This document shows, piece by piece, positions 10,338 to 21,882 of a stretch of 64,000 bases of DNA; position 1 is the stretch's first letter; every line of letters begins with the position of its first letter. The notes beneath the pieces are model-generated. The model had not been told where the DNA came from. It made no database searches and saw only the letters and a list, made by a program, of their open reading frames with translations. Where the stretch lies: positions 2,016,001 through 2,080,000 of the forward strand of contig OZ253553.1 in assembly GCA_965262715.1 (NCBI GenBank), read 5' to 3'. The stretch is from Bdellovibrionales bacterium (GTDB lineage Bacteria; Bdellovibrionota; Bdellovibrionia; Bdellovibrionales; JAUICD01). Both the position numbers and the translations under genes were made by a program.

Positions 10338-12068
10338 TCACAAAAAGAAATCTGTGATGACCCTAATACATTCTTTGATATAAAGAGATGATAGTCCACT
10401 GGCATACGGCAAATGAACTTCATATTCCATGGGCACTGATCGAATATAACCTCTTAGGTTTTCTGTCACCTCTACTCGTCTTAAGTCCTCTAATATCTCT
10501 AGAGTGTCAGCCTCTATATTTTGTACTTGTTGAAAGTTTGTATCTCTAGAGTTCTGGACAAAAACAGGTACTAAAGAAGACAATAAAGAGAGATTCCGAT
10601 TTAAAATATCTATTTGAAGTGTATCATTAAATAAAAAAGGAGGTTGTGTTAGAGAACTTGTCACCTCTGATGCAACAATTTGTGGAATGTTTTGATAGAA
10701 GTTCTCAAGGTCTTGAGTGTCTAATATACCTTCTCTTAAAACAAGATTAGTTATATCTTCTAATGTTCCAAAGTTTCTAATTAAGACATTTCTTGCTAGT
10801 AACCTTGCTTCTCTCATCCATTCATTTGCCTCCTCCATTAAGGAAGCTCTATAAACTTCCGGTAAATCATCTTTCCACTTGCTCCATTCTCGAGATGAAA
10901 AATAAAATATTTCAGTTATTATGTTTGGACAATATATTCCTATGATATCTCTTTGCCATCGACCTAACCCCAAGCAAATTCCTATATAAGCAGTCATTAA
11001 AATGCTGTCTCTTTCAGCCTCAGTTCGTATATATTCATAATAATTATTGTTACTGATAATTATCTCTTCAGCAACTTCACCTGCCAACAAAACCGCCATT
11101 TTATTGATTTGAATAGCTTTAGAGAAATAATAAGGAGTATATTCAACATTTGCTACACCTTTATAAGCTATCCATATTCCATCATGCAACTCTATTGAAG
11201 GGACTATAGAAAGGGAAGCTCTCATACTCATATCATCTACAAGTGCTCTTCTGACAAGCTCATGAGCAGGTTCATGAAAAGAAGTTATAACAAAACCTAT
11301 AATAGAACTAGCCGTATATACTAATTGAGGCTTAGTTTCTTCTACAATCCAATCAAGTTCTTTTATGTATCTTCCTTCTTCATCCTCTACAATAACTCCT
11401 ATATTGACTCTCTCTATATCTCTATAATTATCAACGAAAGTATTTGTTGGACTCAGATCTTTTAAATAAAGCGTAAGAGTATGATCTGGAGGAATATTCT
11501 CTCTTCTTAATAAATCCTCTAATGATCTTAAAAGGTTATGATGAATTTGATAAGATAAAACAGGTGGAGCGCCTAATATCCGCATATTAGATCCAAGTGT
11601 AAAATCAAAACTGCGACCTCCTCCTGTCCTTACTCCTAGATTTATCTCCCTGATTGCAGTGATATCTTCAGAAGTGCCTTTGATATTCTTGAGATACATC
11701 CAAATACTTGTATCTGCAATATTATTCCCTTCCAAAAAATCATTCAAAAATGGGTCAAAACGAACAGCTGAATTATCAATAGCAATGCTGTTTATAAACT
11801 GATCTCCATATCGCAGAAATTCACCTGTCCGTATCTCTAAGGCATGTACAATATTACCGTATTCAGTTTCATTAAGAAACTGTATTCTATAACCTCTTTG
11901 ACCTATACTTCTTGCTAAATCATAAAGATGAAATTTTGTGACTTCTTTAACAATGTGATAAGAAAAAGGGGAAGTTAAATAAATATGATTAACTTTTGCA
12001 TATACGTTATAATTTGCAAAAAGACCCATCATTAGAATAAAAAGTATGAGCTTTGTTTTTAGAATCAT
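10338..12068 (-). CDS. Secreted protein with peptidase M41 (FtsH protease)-like domain
   Basis: HEPAH (HExxH) and VLLAGEVAEEII motifs; signal peptide; no Walker A seen; start chosen at the ATG (ORF track starts at 12089). Confidence 0.65.
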   Translation of the reverse strand: MILKTKLILFILMMGLFANYNVYAKVNHIYLTSPFSYHIVKEVTKFHLYDLARSIGQRGYRIQFLNETEYGNIVHALEIRTGEFLRYGDQFINSIAIDNSAVRFDPFLNDFLEGNNIADTSIWMYLKNIKGTSEDITAIREINLGVRTGGGRSFDFTLGSNMRILGAPPVLSYQIHHNLLRSLEDLLRRENIPPDHTLTLYLKDLSPTNTFVDNYRDIERVNIGVIVEDEEGRYIKELDWIVEETKPQLVYTASSIIGFVITSFHEPAHELVRRALVDDMSMRASLSIVPSIELHDGIWIAYKGVANVEYTPYYFSKAIQINKMAVLLAGEVAEEIIISNNNYYEYIRTEAERDSILMTAYIGICLGLGRWQRDIIGIYCPNIITEIFYFSSREWSKWKDDLPEVYRASLMEEANEWMREARLLARNVLIRNFGTLEDITNLVLREGILDTQDLENFYQNIPQIVASEVTSSLTQPPFLFNDTLQIDILNRNLSLLSSLVPVFVQNSRDTNFQQVQNIEADTLEILEDLRRVEVTENLRGYIRSVPMEYEVHLPYASGLSSLYIKECIRVITDFFL

Positions 12069-12227
12069 AGTCTTGCAAGTTTTGTCCAATCAAGATGAAT
12101 AATTAATCTTTATAATTGATGGTAACATCTTTATCTGATAAAACAAGGTCAGTCTTTTTAATATTATACAACGCATAAGAAACATTTATTTTTTAATAGG
12201 TTACTTCATTTAGAAAAAAGTTAAGAA

Positions 12228-13205
12228 ATGGGATATACTGTAGAAAGTTTATTAGAAGAATTTACAAATTCTGATTTTCAAGGGACTATTCCTTATAGTC
12301 TTCAACATGATTATCAAAATAGTTCATGTCACCTATTGACTATTTGTGCGACACATGGTGATGAAGTAGGGTCTTTACCTTCTGCTTTAAGGACTTTTAA
12401 ATTATTTACAGAAGGAAAAACTGGCTTTAAAGGTAAATGGACTTTGATCTGGGGAAATCCAGAGGCCAGCAAACTCCGTCAAAGGTTTGTTGAGCAAGAT
12501 CTAAACCGTGTTTATGGTCAATTAAATAGCAAGTCCTTAGAATGCCAAAGAGCAAAACAAATAGCTCCTTTTATAAAAGAGGCAACTGTCTTTGTTGATT
12601 TTCATCAAACAATTATGCCCACCTTAATACCTTTTTATTGTTCTAATATGTATAAAAGTTCTTATGATCTAGCAAGGGCATTAGGAGGGCCTAATGTTTT
12701 ATTTTCAACAAAAGCTCCTTCTAATAATAATTCTAAAGACCATCAAAAGATAAAAACTCAAAATGGCTTTGCTACTTTTCACAATATTCCATCTGTAACA
12801 GTAGAAATTGGGGTAAAAGGCTTTAACAAATCATCAGAAGTTTTAGCAGATCATCTCTTAAACAGATTACTAGAAGTAGCTGTTCTTTGTTCTTCTGATA
12901 AATCTACTACTGACATTTTATCTAAGGAAGCTCTTAAATATCCATCTCTTTCTATCTTTGAATGTTGTTACAAAGAGCCTTTTACAAACCCAGAAATGAC
13001 GCTACTTACAGGCTGGAAAAACTTTTCCCCTGTCAGCAAAGGAGAAATTATAGGACATAAAGATAGCCGGCAAAAAGAACCACTTATAGCTCCATGTAAA
13101 GGAGTTATTATTTTTCCAAAATATCCTAAACGTAATGAAAAAGGTGAAGTCGAAGGACCACTTCCTGATTACATTTATCTCTTAGCAGACGTAACATCCC
13201 ATTAA
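12228..13205 (+). CDS. Succinylglutamate desuccinylase/aspartoacylase (M14) family protein
   Basis: THGDE, GNP, DLNR, DFHQT, VTVEIG motifs. Confidence 0.85.
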   Translation: MGYTVESLLEEFTNSDFQGTIPYSLQHDYQNSSCHLLTICATHGDEVGSLPSALRTFKLFTEGKTGFKGKWTLIWGNPEASKLRQRFVEQDLNRVYGQLNSKSLECQRAKQIAPFIKEATVFVDFHQTIMPTLIPFYCSNMYKSSYDLARALGGPNVLFSTKAPSNNNSKDHQKIKTQNGFATFHNIPSVTVEIGVKGFNKSSEVLADHLLNRLLEVAVLCSSDKSTTDILSKEALKYPSLSIFECCYKEPFTNPEMTLLTGWKNFSPVSKGEIIGHKDSRQKEPLIAPCKGVIIFPKYPKRNEKGEVEGPLPDYIYLLADVTSH

Positions 13206-13343
13206 ATTCAAGTGATTCACTCCGGACGCACGTGCGTGTGTTCGCGTGTTACCTCAGAATAAACTTGCTTTGATTTTGACATTAAAATATGATATATTAC
13301 AACACTTATTATATTACAGATATTATAGAGTCAAGAATCTTGA

Positions 13344-14243
13344 TTGAGGTCCATTTTGGCATTAATAAAAAATAATTATAACAATCATTTAGATATATTG
13401 TTTCAAAAAAATTTAGATCAACGGCTTCAAAATATTAAAGAATATTTACAATGTGAGGTATTTAGTATTTACGGCCCTATTTTTCCATGGCTTGATATAA
13501 AATTAAAGGATGTTATTGAAGATTTAACCACTAAAAACAATAAAAAGCATAATAAGTGTGTTATACTATTAGACACGCATGGTGGTAGTGTAGAATGTGT
13601 TGAAAAAATGGTTAATATTATTAGAAAACATTATAATGATGTGAGCTTCATAGTTCCATATCAAGCACTATCTGCCGGAACAATTTTGACAATGTCTGGT
13701 GACTCTATATATATGAGTTATCACTCTGTATTAGGTCCTATTGATCCTCAAGTTTATAAAAATAAAGAATTTATACCCGCTCTTTCATATCTTTATCAAT
13801 TTGAAGATCTTATTGAAAAATCTAAACAGAGAAACTTAACAACAGCTGAAATTGTTTTATTAGAAAAACTTGACCTTGGAGAACTATATACTTTCAAAGA
13901 AGCTAGAGACTTGTCCATAGAGCTTTTACAAAAATGGCTGTCTAATTACAAATTTAAAGATTGGCATGAAACTGAAAGTTTAAAGAAGAAAGTTACATAG
14001 CAAATGAAAATAAAAAGAGCTAGAGAAATTGCAGAGAACTTAAGTGATAATAAAAGATGGCACTCCCATTCTAGAGGCATCAACAGGGAAACATTACAAG
14101 ATGAATTAAACTTAAAGATTGATGACCTAGATGCCGATAATAAGCTAAGTTATTTAGTTTATTCTTATTCTGATTTGTTAATTGATGCATTAATTAAAGA
14201 AGCGGTAAAATTTTATATCCATTTTTACATTAAACAGGAATAA
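13344..14243 (+). pseudogene. ClpP-fold (SDH/S49-like) serine protease interrupted by in-frame TAG at 13998-14000
   Basis: LDTHGG, ALSAGT, LGPIDPQ in part 1; WHSHSRGI in part 2; both ORFs are in the same frame, one codon apart. Confidence 0.75.
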
Positions 14244-14255
14244 AGGAAGCAAGCT

Positions 14256-14492
14256 ATGAATGATGTTGTTTTTAAAAATAAGAATTTAAATATTCTTTCA
14301 GAAAACGAAGTTTATATCTCTGAGCAACAAAGAAAGCAATTAGATGCGTTTTATGAAATTCAAAAAAAACTAGGTTTGAAGAAAGAAAAAGGAGCAAGAT
14401 ATACTTTAAAGCACCCATTTGATAGAACAATACAAAGTGATTTTGAAAAAATAGCTATTCATAAGCCTCATCTTTATCTCAATCGTTCTTAA
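14256..14492 (+). CDS. Small hypothetical protein
   Basis: ATG with AAGGA RBS 12 nt after the protease gene. Confidence 0.55.
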   Translation: MNDVVFKNKNLNILSENEVYISEQQRKQLDAFYEIQKKLGLKKEKGARYTLKHPFDRTIQSDFEKIAIHKPHLYLNRS

Positions 14493-14552
14493 GTAATCTC
14501 AGTTGTACATATCTCATAGAAACATCTGGAAATAACTAAAGGGGAAATATTT

Positions 14553-17495
14553 TTAAGAGATGGGCATTGGGCAAGTACAGAAGAAGTTTTTATCTCCATA
14601 AGAACTATCAACCCTGCCCACAGCAGGCCAAAATTTATTTTCTTTAAGATAAGGTAAGGGAAAAGCTGCTACCTCACGGTTATAGGAATGAGACCAATGG
14701 TCTGATGTCACCTCTAATGCTGTATGAGGTGCTTGTTTTAAAGGGTTATCTTCTCTATCAAAATCTCCTGATTCAATTTGCAAAAATTCTTTATAAATAG
14801 CAATCATAGCCTCACAAAAACGGTCCATCTCTTTTTTAGATTCACTCTCTGTGGGTTCTAACATCAATGTCTCCATAACAGGCCAAGACATTGTGGGAGC
14901 ATGAAACCCATAATCTATTAACCGTTTTGCTACATCTTCTACATGAATGCCTGCTCTTTTTTTCCAATCCCTTAAATCTAAAATACATTCATGGGCCACA
15001 TAACCTTTATGACCTTTATAAAGTATATTGTAATATTTTTGCAGTCGCTTTGCCATGTAGTTGGCATTAAGAATAGCTATCTCCGAAGTTGCTTTTAAAC
15101 CCTTTGCGCCTAACATTTGGATATACATCCATGACACAGGTAAAACAGAAGCACTGCCATAAGGAGCTTGTGAAATAGCTCCTATAGAAAGACTTTGATC
15201 TTCTGGTATTTGCGCTTGTGATTCTTGATGTGACGTTTTTTCATAAATATGCTTTGGCAAAAAAGGCTTGAGATGCTCTTTAGCAATCACAGGGCCAACA
15301 CCTGGCCCCCCACCTCCATGTGGAATAGCAAATGTCTTATGTAAATTCAGATGACAAATATCAGGTCCATAATCTCCAGGAAAACACAGTCCCATTTGCG
15401 CATTCATATTCGCACCATCAAGGTAAACCTGTCCTCCTACACGATGTACTTCTTCACAAATCTCTTTAATTGATAACTCAAAAACTCCATGTGTCGAAGG
15501 ATACGTAATCATGATAGCAGCTATGTTAGCTTGATATGTCTGGACTTTCTCTTTAAGGTCTTCAAGATCAATATTACCATCCTTATCACATTTCACAACA
15601 ACCACCTTCAGACCAGCCATAATAGCACTGGCTGGATTGGTTCCATGAGCTGATTGAGGAATAAGACAAATATCGCGATGTTCTTCTCCTCTAGAAGAAT
15701 GATACTTTTTTATCATTAACAACCCTGTATACTCACCTTGAGACCCAGCATTGGGCTGTATAGATGTGGCACTTAACCCTACACACTCTGCCAACCAATT
15801 TTCCAAATCCAAAATCATTTTAAGATAGCCGCTTGTTTGCTCTCGAGGTGCAAAAGGATGGATATTAGAAACAAAAGGCCATGTTACAGGTATCATCTCT
15901 GTTGTTGCATTCAGCTTCATGGTACATGAACCCAGTGGAATCATAGAATGAGCTAAAGACAAATCACGAGATTGCAATTTGAAAATATAACGGAGCATCT
16001 CTGTTTCTGAATGATAAGAATTAAATACAGGATGAGTTAAAAAATCTGATGTTCTCACCAGTTCTTTTGGAATACCTATATTCTGATCAATCTTTTTTTC
16101 TTGAATATCTTGATGAGCAACATCACTGCTGCACTCAGTAAATCTTTGAAAAAGAGAGATAAGTTTTTCTACATCTTTTTGTGTTGTTGTTTCATCTAAA
16201 GATATCTGTACCTCTTCAGAGTTGATATATCTTAAATTTATTTGCTCTTTGTAGCCTCGTTTTAAAACTTCATCTGCATTAGCTACTTTGACTTTTAAAG
16301 TATCAAAGAATCGATGACTTACAGAAAGATCCATCCTTTTTAAACCTTTTTGCAAATATTTAGTCATGTCTAAGATGTTTTGTGCTATATTCTTTAGCCC
16401 CTTGGGACCATGATAACAAGCATACATACTGGCCATAATGGCTAAAAGCACTTGTGAAGTGCAAATATTGCTTGTGGCTCTTTCTCTGCGTATATGCTGC
16501 TCCCTCGTTTGAAGAGTTAATCGGTAAGCTGTCCGTCCAGTCTTATCTTTAGATATGCCCACTATACGCCCAGGAATATGCCTTTTATATTCTTCGCGAG
16601 ATGCAAAAAAGGCAGCATGAGGTCCTCCAAAACCCATAGGGACACCAAATCTCTGAGTGTTCCCTACCACTACATCCACACCCATTTCACCTGGAGGTTT
16701 TAATAGAGTTAAAGATAAAAGATCTGCAATAACAATACTCTTACACCCTTGTGCCTGAGCTTTTTCGATTAAATTTGTGTGATCAGTTATACCTCCATAA
16801 GTATCTGAATATTGCAAAAGCAAGCCAAAATAATCAGAAAAATCTTCAATATGATTTATATCTTCTAAAGAGATTTGAAAACCAAGTGGTGCTGCTCTTG
16901 TTGCACAAACCTCAATAGAGGCCGGATGACAATCTTTAGAAATTAAAAACTTTTTTCGAAAGACATGAGTTTTTTTATAAGCCTGACCTTGCAAATGAAA
17001 CACCATATTCATAGCCTCAGCAGCAGCCGTGGCCTCATCTAAAAGAGAGGCATTGGCTAAAGGCATCGCTGTTAGATCACAAATCATCGTTTGAAAGTTC
17101 AATAGTGCTTCCAGGCGACCTTGAGCGATCTCTGCCTGATAAGGTGTGTATTGAGTGTACCAACCAGGATTTTCTAAAACATTTCGCTTAATCACAGAAG
17201 GAGTAAGGGTTGGATGATAACCCATGCCTATATAAGATTTGTAAACTTGATTTTGTGATAATATATCAGACAGGCTCTTCAGTGCTTCTTCTTCTGTAAG
17301 AGCAGGTGGCAAATTCATTTTCCGATCAGTCAGTATACTTTGAGGTATCGTATTTTCTATCAACTCAGATAAAGACTTCACCCCTATTATTTTGAGCATT
17401 GAAGAAATATCTTTATCCATAATTCCAATATGTCTATCTCGAAACTCTCTATTTTCAGATAACCCCTCTGATTTTTTCATATTGCAACTCTCCAT
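14553..17495 (-). CDS. gcvP: Glycine dehydrogenase (glycine cleavage P protein)
   Basis: [36 protein letters not shown]. Confidence 0.97.
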   Translation of the reverse strand: MESCNMKKSEGLSENREFRDRHIGIMDKDISSMLKIIGVKSLSELIENTIPQSILTDRKMNLPPALTEEEALKSLSDILSQNQVYKSYIGMGYHPTLTPSVIKRNVLENPGWYTQYTPYQAEIAQGRLEALLNFQTMICDLTAMPLANASLLDEATAAAEAMNMVFHLQGQAYKKTHVFRKKFLISKDCHPASIEVCATRAAPLGFQISLEDINHIEDFSDYFGLLLQYSDTYGGITDHTNLIEKAQAQGCKSIVIADLLSLTLLKPPGEMGVDVVVGNTQRFGVPMGFGGPHAAFFASREEYKRHIPGRIVGISKDKTGRTAYRLTLQTREQHIRRERATSNICTSQVLLAIMASMYACYHGPKGLKNIAQNILDMTKYLQKGLKRMDLSVSHRFFDTLKVKVANADEVLKRGYKEQINLRYINSEEVQISLDETTTQKDVEKLISLFQRFTECSSDVAHQDIQEKKIDQNIGIPKELVRTSDFLTHPVFNSYHSETEMLRYIFKLQSRDLSLAHSMIPLGSCTMKLNATTEMIPVTWPFVSNIHPFAPREQTSGYLKMILDLENWLAECVGLSATSIQPNAGSQGEYTGLLMIKKYHSSRGEEHRDICLIPQSAHGTNPASAIMAGLKVVVVKCDKDGNIDLEDLKEKVQTYQANIAAIMITYPSTHGVFELSIKEICEEVHRVGGQVYLDGANMNAQMGLCFPGDYGPDICHLNLHKTFAIPHGGGGPGVGPVIAKEHLKPFLPKHIYEKTSHQESQAQIPEDQSLSIGAISQAPYGSASVLPVSWMYIQMLGAKGLKATSEIAILNANYMAKRLQKYYNILYKGHKGYVAHECILDLRDWKKRAGIHVEDVAKRLIDYGFHAPTMSWPVMETLMLEPTESESKKEMDRFCEAMIAIYKEFLQIESGDFDREDNPLKQAPHTALEVTSDHWSHSYNREVAAFPLPYLKENKFWPAVGRVDSSYGDKNFFCTCPMPIS

Positions 17496-17613
17496 GCATT
17501 TTGGACACTTCTTTGAAAATCCTATTAGTAATAAGAATAAGATGGGTTGTCAATAAGTGATTTATTAATGATAGAGCATAGATAACATACATAAAATAAC
17601 TGATTACAATCTA

Positions 17614-18903
17614 CTACTCTGGTTGATAATGATCCATAAACATTCTTAAATAAAAAAATATTGAATGAAAATAAGATTTATTTTGTATGGGAAGATTATA
17701 AGAAACAGATAGACTTGTTAATGCCATAAGACAAATACTATCATTCATTTGTTTAGTTTGTGTCAAAACATTTAAAGCTTGCTTTAACTCACTTGTAATA
17801 TTATCGTAAGCAGACGAGCCATAATGGTCAAAAAGAGATAAATCATAAAAAAGCTGTATTAACATTGTTCTTCCCATGCGATCTTCTAAAACCTCTGCTA
17901 GCTGCTTAAGTTCAGAAGCTATAATATTGTAAAAAAACATAAAATTTCCTGAAGCTATTTGATGAACACCTTCTCTTCCAATATAATCTTCTAAAAAGCG
18001 CATTACTTCTTTTAAATCAAAGAAATAAACAGCAAGCTTTCCATCACTGAGCTTAGCAAGATTTTTTGTCATAACATTTATGATAGTTTCTTTTTCTAAT
18101 CCAGCATCTTCTAAATACCTTGTTATTTCTTTCAATTCTTCTAAACTTATTTCATCAAGTTGTCCAGTTCCTAAAAGCCCCAAAATATTTGTTCTTGGAA
18201 ATCCATATTCTAATAAAAAACTTATTTTTTCTCTGAAACCAGTAAAAGCAATATTCAAACTTGATAGATTACTTTTCATAAGTTCTATAATATCTGTTTT
18301 TGTAAATCCTTGCTCTTCTAAATATTTTAATACTTGTTCTAATTTATCAACACTCACAAAATCTAGGTCATTGTTGATTATAATTTCGATAGCAGTATTT
18401 TCATCTCCAACATAATCCTCTATAAAAAGTATGATGTGTTCTATATTTTCTACACCCTCTTCAAGTACTCGTACTTCAGGATTTGGCATCATATCATTTC
18501 CAGATTCTAACCTTCTTAAGATTTTTATTGATAATCCTTCTTTTCCAATATGTTCAACAAAAATATCCACCATTCTTGTAAAATCAGTATAGCTTACCTC
18601 TTGAAAATCAAGAATATGAAACCCATTTTTAATACTCTTTATAGTTTCTTCCGGCCCGATATTTTCTAATAGAAATCTTAAAAAGTTTCTAGCCTCTTCC
18701 ACAGTCCAACCTTCAGTCCTTTTTATAATATCACTTTGTAGATAAGGAGTTATTATTTCTTCGGCTTTCTCTTGCTTGTCTTCTAAATAATCTCTTGCAA
18801 ATTCAATAAAAACATATCCTGATGTTTCTTCAATTTGAGAAAAAACAGTAACGTGGGAGAATAAAATAAATGTGAAAAAAATATAAGATAAAAACCTCAA
18901 CAT
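17614..18903 (-). CDS. Secreted helical-repeat hypothetical protein (possibly mTERF-like)
   Basis: Signal peptide; recurring ~35-aa units such as LEQVLKYLEEQGF, LKEITRYLEDAGL, LKEVMRFLEDYIG; start chosen at second ATG. Confidence 0.55.
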   Translation of the reverse strand: MLRFLSYIFFTFILFSHVTVFSQIEETSGYVFIEFARDYLEDKQEKAEEIITPYLQSDIIKRTEGWTVEEARNFLRFLLENIGPEETIKSIKNGFHILDFQEVSYTDFTRMVDIFVEHIGKEGLSIKILRRLESGNDMMPNPEVRVLEEGVENIEHIILFIEDYVGDENTAIEIIINNDLDFVSVDKLEQVLKYLEEQGFTKTDIIELMKSNLSSLNIAFTGFREKISFLLEYGFPRTNILGLLGTGQLDEISLEELKEITRYLEDAGLEKETIINVMTKNLAKLSDGKLAVYFFDLKEVMRFLEDYIGREGVHQIASGNFMFFYNIIASELKQLAEVLEDRMGRTMLIQLFYDLSLFDHYGSSAYDNITSELKQALNVLTQTKQMNDSICLMALTSLSVSYNLPIQNKSYFHSIFFYLRMFMDHYQPE

Positions 18904-19133
18904 AAACTCTCTCTCTATTACAAAGGAAGGACAATTTACCATAAAAGTATTGACTTTACAAGATCATACAGAAAAAAATATTGAACTTTTTGGGTATAAT
19001 GAATACTTTATATGATTTTTTGTCCAGTAAAGTGAATTTAGGAAAAGATGAGCTATTATTTGAATATTTCATTTGGAAATGCTAATAAGTGAAAAAGGCT
19101 ATCAATGATAAATAACAAAAGGAGTGAGTAGTT

Positions 19134-19703
19134 ATGTATGAAACCAATGACTTTAGAAAAGGCTTGAAAGTACTTATAGATAATGAGCCTTATATAGTTA
19201 TAGATTTTCAACACAATAAACAAGGTAGAGGCGGCCAGTTTACCCGAACCAAATTAAAAAACATGATCACAAACATGAACTTAGAAAGGACATTTAAATC
19301 AGGTGAAAAGTTTAGTGTCCCGGATATTGTTTCAAAGGATGTTACTTTTTTATATAAAGATGATAGTGGTTTTCACTTTATGGATAAGAGCAATTATGAA
19401 CAGCACTCTCTAACAGAGGATGAAGTTTCAGATGTTAAGCTTTATTTGGTAGATTCGTTAGATGTCACTATGTTATTTTTTAACGATACACCTATCGGTA
19501 TAGATGTGCCTAATAGTGTTAACCTTACAGTTGCTAAGACTGAACCTGGGATTAAGGGCAATACTGTATCAGGAGGCAGCAAGCCTGCAGTGTTAGAGAC
19601 GGGACTGACTGTTAATGTTCCACTTCACATTAATGTATCTGATGTTTTAAGAGTCAATACCAAAACAGGTGAATACTTGGAAAGAGTCAAGACAAATAAG
19701 TAA
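19134..19703 (+). CDS. efp: Translation elongation factor P
   Basis: TNDFRKGLK, RTKLKN, TEPGIKGNT, KPAVLETG, GEYLERV. Confidence 0.96.
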   Translation: MYETNDFRKGLKVLIDNEPYIVIDFQHNKQGRGGQFTRTKLKNMITNMNLERTFKSGEKFSVPDIVSKDVTFLYKDDSGFHFMDKSNYEQHSLTEDEVSDVKLYLVDSLDVTMLFFNDTPIGIDVPNSVNLTVAKTEPGIKGNTVSGGSKPAVLETGLTVNVPLHINVSDVLRVNTKTGEYLERVKTNK

Positions 19704-19714
19704 TAAGGAAAAAG

Positions 19715-21115
19715 ATGGCTATGTTGGATAATATCATTTTGATGACAGACTCTTACAAAGCCACGCATTGGAAAATGTATCCACCAAAAACATCTAAAGT
19801 GTATTCTTATCTTGAAGCAAGAAAAGGCGGTGAGTGTCCAGAAGTAGTTTTTTTTGGCTTGCAATATTTACTCCAACGTTATCTTGAAGGCAAGCGGGTC
19901 ACTCGTAAAAACATTGATGAGGCTAATACTTTCTTTTTATCTCACTTTGGTCAAAATCTTTTCAATAAGCACGGGTGGGAGTATATTGTTGATGTCCACA
20001 ATGGCAGGCTACCTGTCGAAATCCGCGCTGTACGCGAAGGAACTGTCATCCCTGAGGGGAATGTAGTGCTCACTATTGAAAATACGGATCCCAAATGCGC
20101 ATGGCTTACAAATCACCTAGAAACTCTTTTGGTTCAACTTTGGTATCCCTGCACAGTAGCAACAACTTCTAGACAGCAAAAAAAGATGATTGTTGCAGCA
20201 CTTGAAAAGTCTGGAACACCGAATCTAGCAGATCTTAAACTTCATGATTTTGGTTACCGAGGCTCCTCTTCAACAGAATCAGCTGCTATTGGTGGAGCTG
20301 CTCATTTAATTCACTTTCGAGGAACAGACACCTTAGCTGCTTGTGAATTTGCCATGAAATACTACAACGCTAGTATGCCTGGTATAAGTATTCCTGCTGC
20401 TGAACACAGCACTATCACTGCATGGGGGAAAAATGCAGAATACGATGCCTTTCGACATATACTTGAGGCATACCCCACTGGTTTAATATCCATTGTATCT
20501 GATTCTTGGGATATCCAGAAGGCTTGTAAATTATGGGGAACTGAGTTGAAGGATCATGTGATCCAACGAAATGGGATATTAGTGATTCGTCCAGACTCTG
20601 GTCAGCCAGAAAAGATTGTTCCTGATTGCCTTGATATACTTGGAGAAAAGTTTGGTTATAAAACTAACGATAAAGGCTATAAAGTACTTCCAGATTTTTT
20701 AAGATTGATTCAAGGTGATGGTATCTCCCGCCATACTCTAGGCAGAATTATCGATGCCATTATCCAGAGAGGTTGGTCACTTGACAACGTAGCATTTGGT
20801 TCTGGAGGAGGGCTGCTTCAACTTGTCAATCGTGATACACAGAGGTTTGCAATGAAGTGTTCTTATGTCGTTGTCGATGGTAAACAGCGAGATGTATGTA
20901 AAACACCAACTTCTGATTTAACAAAAAGCAGTAAAAAAGGGCGATTAAAGCTTATCAAAAAAGAAAACTCTAGTGATGGTGATGCCTTAATGAGTTATAA
21001 GACAGTTTCACAGCGCGCTCATGGTCAAGATGAATTGAAAGTTGTCTTTCGAGATGGTGAAATCAAATCTTACATTCATTTTGATCAAGTTCGAGAAACC
21101 GCTAAGGTCGATTAG
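19715..21115 (+). CDS. Nicotinamide phosphoribosyltransferase (NAMPT/NadV-type)
   Basis: TDSYKATH, LHDFGYRG, SIPAAEHS, IRPDSG, IQGDG, FGSGGGLLQ, RDTQRFAMKCS. Confidence 0.92.
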   Translation: MAMLDNIILMTDSYKATHWKMYPPKTSKVYSYLEARKGGECPEVVFFGLQYLLQRYLEGKRVTRKNIDEANTFFLSHFGQNLFNKHGWEYIVDVHNGRLPVEIRAVREGTVIPEGNVVLTIENTDPKCAWLTNHLETLLVQLWYPCTVATTSRQQKKMIVAALEKSGTPNLADLKLHDFGYRGSSSTESAAIGGAAHLIHFRGTDTLAACEFAMKYYNASMPGISIPAAEHSTITAWGKNAEYDAFRHILEAYPTGLISIVSDSWDIQKACKLWGTELKDHVIQRNGILVIRPDSGQPEKIVPDCLDILGEKFGYKTNDKGYKVLPDFLRLIQGDGISRHTLGRIIDAIIQRGWSLDNVAFGSGGGLLQLVNRDTQRFAMKCSYVVVDGKQRDVCKTPTSDLTKSSKKGRLKLIKKENSSDGDALMSYKTVSQRAHGQDELKVVFRDGEIKSYIHFDQVRETAKVD

Positions 21116-21500
21116 AATAACCTTATACCAATAAAATCACCTCAATAAAAAAGTGGTTTATTTTTATGTACCTCAGATACATAGGCAATATCTTTTCAAA
21201 GTCATAGATTCCTCCTTTATTAAAACCTGTCAGGGCTCGGGACAAAATTTTTTAGATGCAAAAATTCAGACCAGATTCAGTTGCCAGCCCCAGTTTACCA
21301 GCTTTGCCTGAAACCTGATGTCAGATACCAAAAAAAGCTCAATTTGACAAGAAATAACTTATAATTTCAGTGAGTTATATTGAAACAGCAACAACCTCTG
21401 GTTATGAACCAAAATAAAATATGTATAATATATATCTTGACTGATCTATGGCATGGAAAATACAACAAAACATCGATAGATTTGTTTATAGGGGTGTTAT

Positions 21501-21602
21501 ATGAAAAAACATTTATTCGTCTTTCTTTATATTTTCATTGTCTTTTCTTCTTTTGCAAACAGCCAACAAGAAGCGCCACTCTCAATTGAACAGATTTTTT
21601 GA
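21501..21602 (+). pseudogene. 5' remnant of a secreted-protein gene
   Basis: RBS, then MKKHLFVFLYIFIVFSSFANSQQEAPLSIEQIF and a stop at the edge of a repeat block. Confidence 0.45.
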
Positions 21603-21631
21603 TGCAATAAACTGATGATCTAAGGATAAAA

Positions 21632-21882
21632 TTTCCTAACATTGTATCAAAAAACGAGGGGTATCTGCTCTACTCAAAATAAACGGATTTTTGAGACAGT
21701 CAGCCTTTTATTAGGGGATACATCCCGTAGCGTGAGCCTTCATACTGACTGTCTAAAAACTGCCAGAGACTCGCTTCGAGAGACCAGATACATTTTAGTG
21801 CAGTTTCCTTAACATCATGTTAAAAAACGAAAAGTATCTCCCTCCTAAAAATGGTCAGAGACCAGTTTATTTTGAGTGAGAC
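21632..21882 (+). repeat. Family A repeats (one full, one internally deleted)
   Basis: TTTCC(T)TAACAT...TGGTCAGAGACCAGTTTATTTTGAGTGAGAC. Confidence 0.8.

Noticed and set aside
9846..10391. Short ORFs 9846-10070 and 10167-10391
   Set aside because: No recognisable motifs; the second overlaps degenerate repeat sequence and the neighbouring gene
13998..14000. Pyrrolysine or genome-wide TAG recoding
   Set aside because: TAG ends intact genes here (NAMPT, citrate synthase, dnaE) and no pyl genes are seen
21612..21640. Hammerhead ribozyme (CTGATGA)
   Set aside because: No stem II followed by GAAA and no flanking helices could be built
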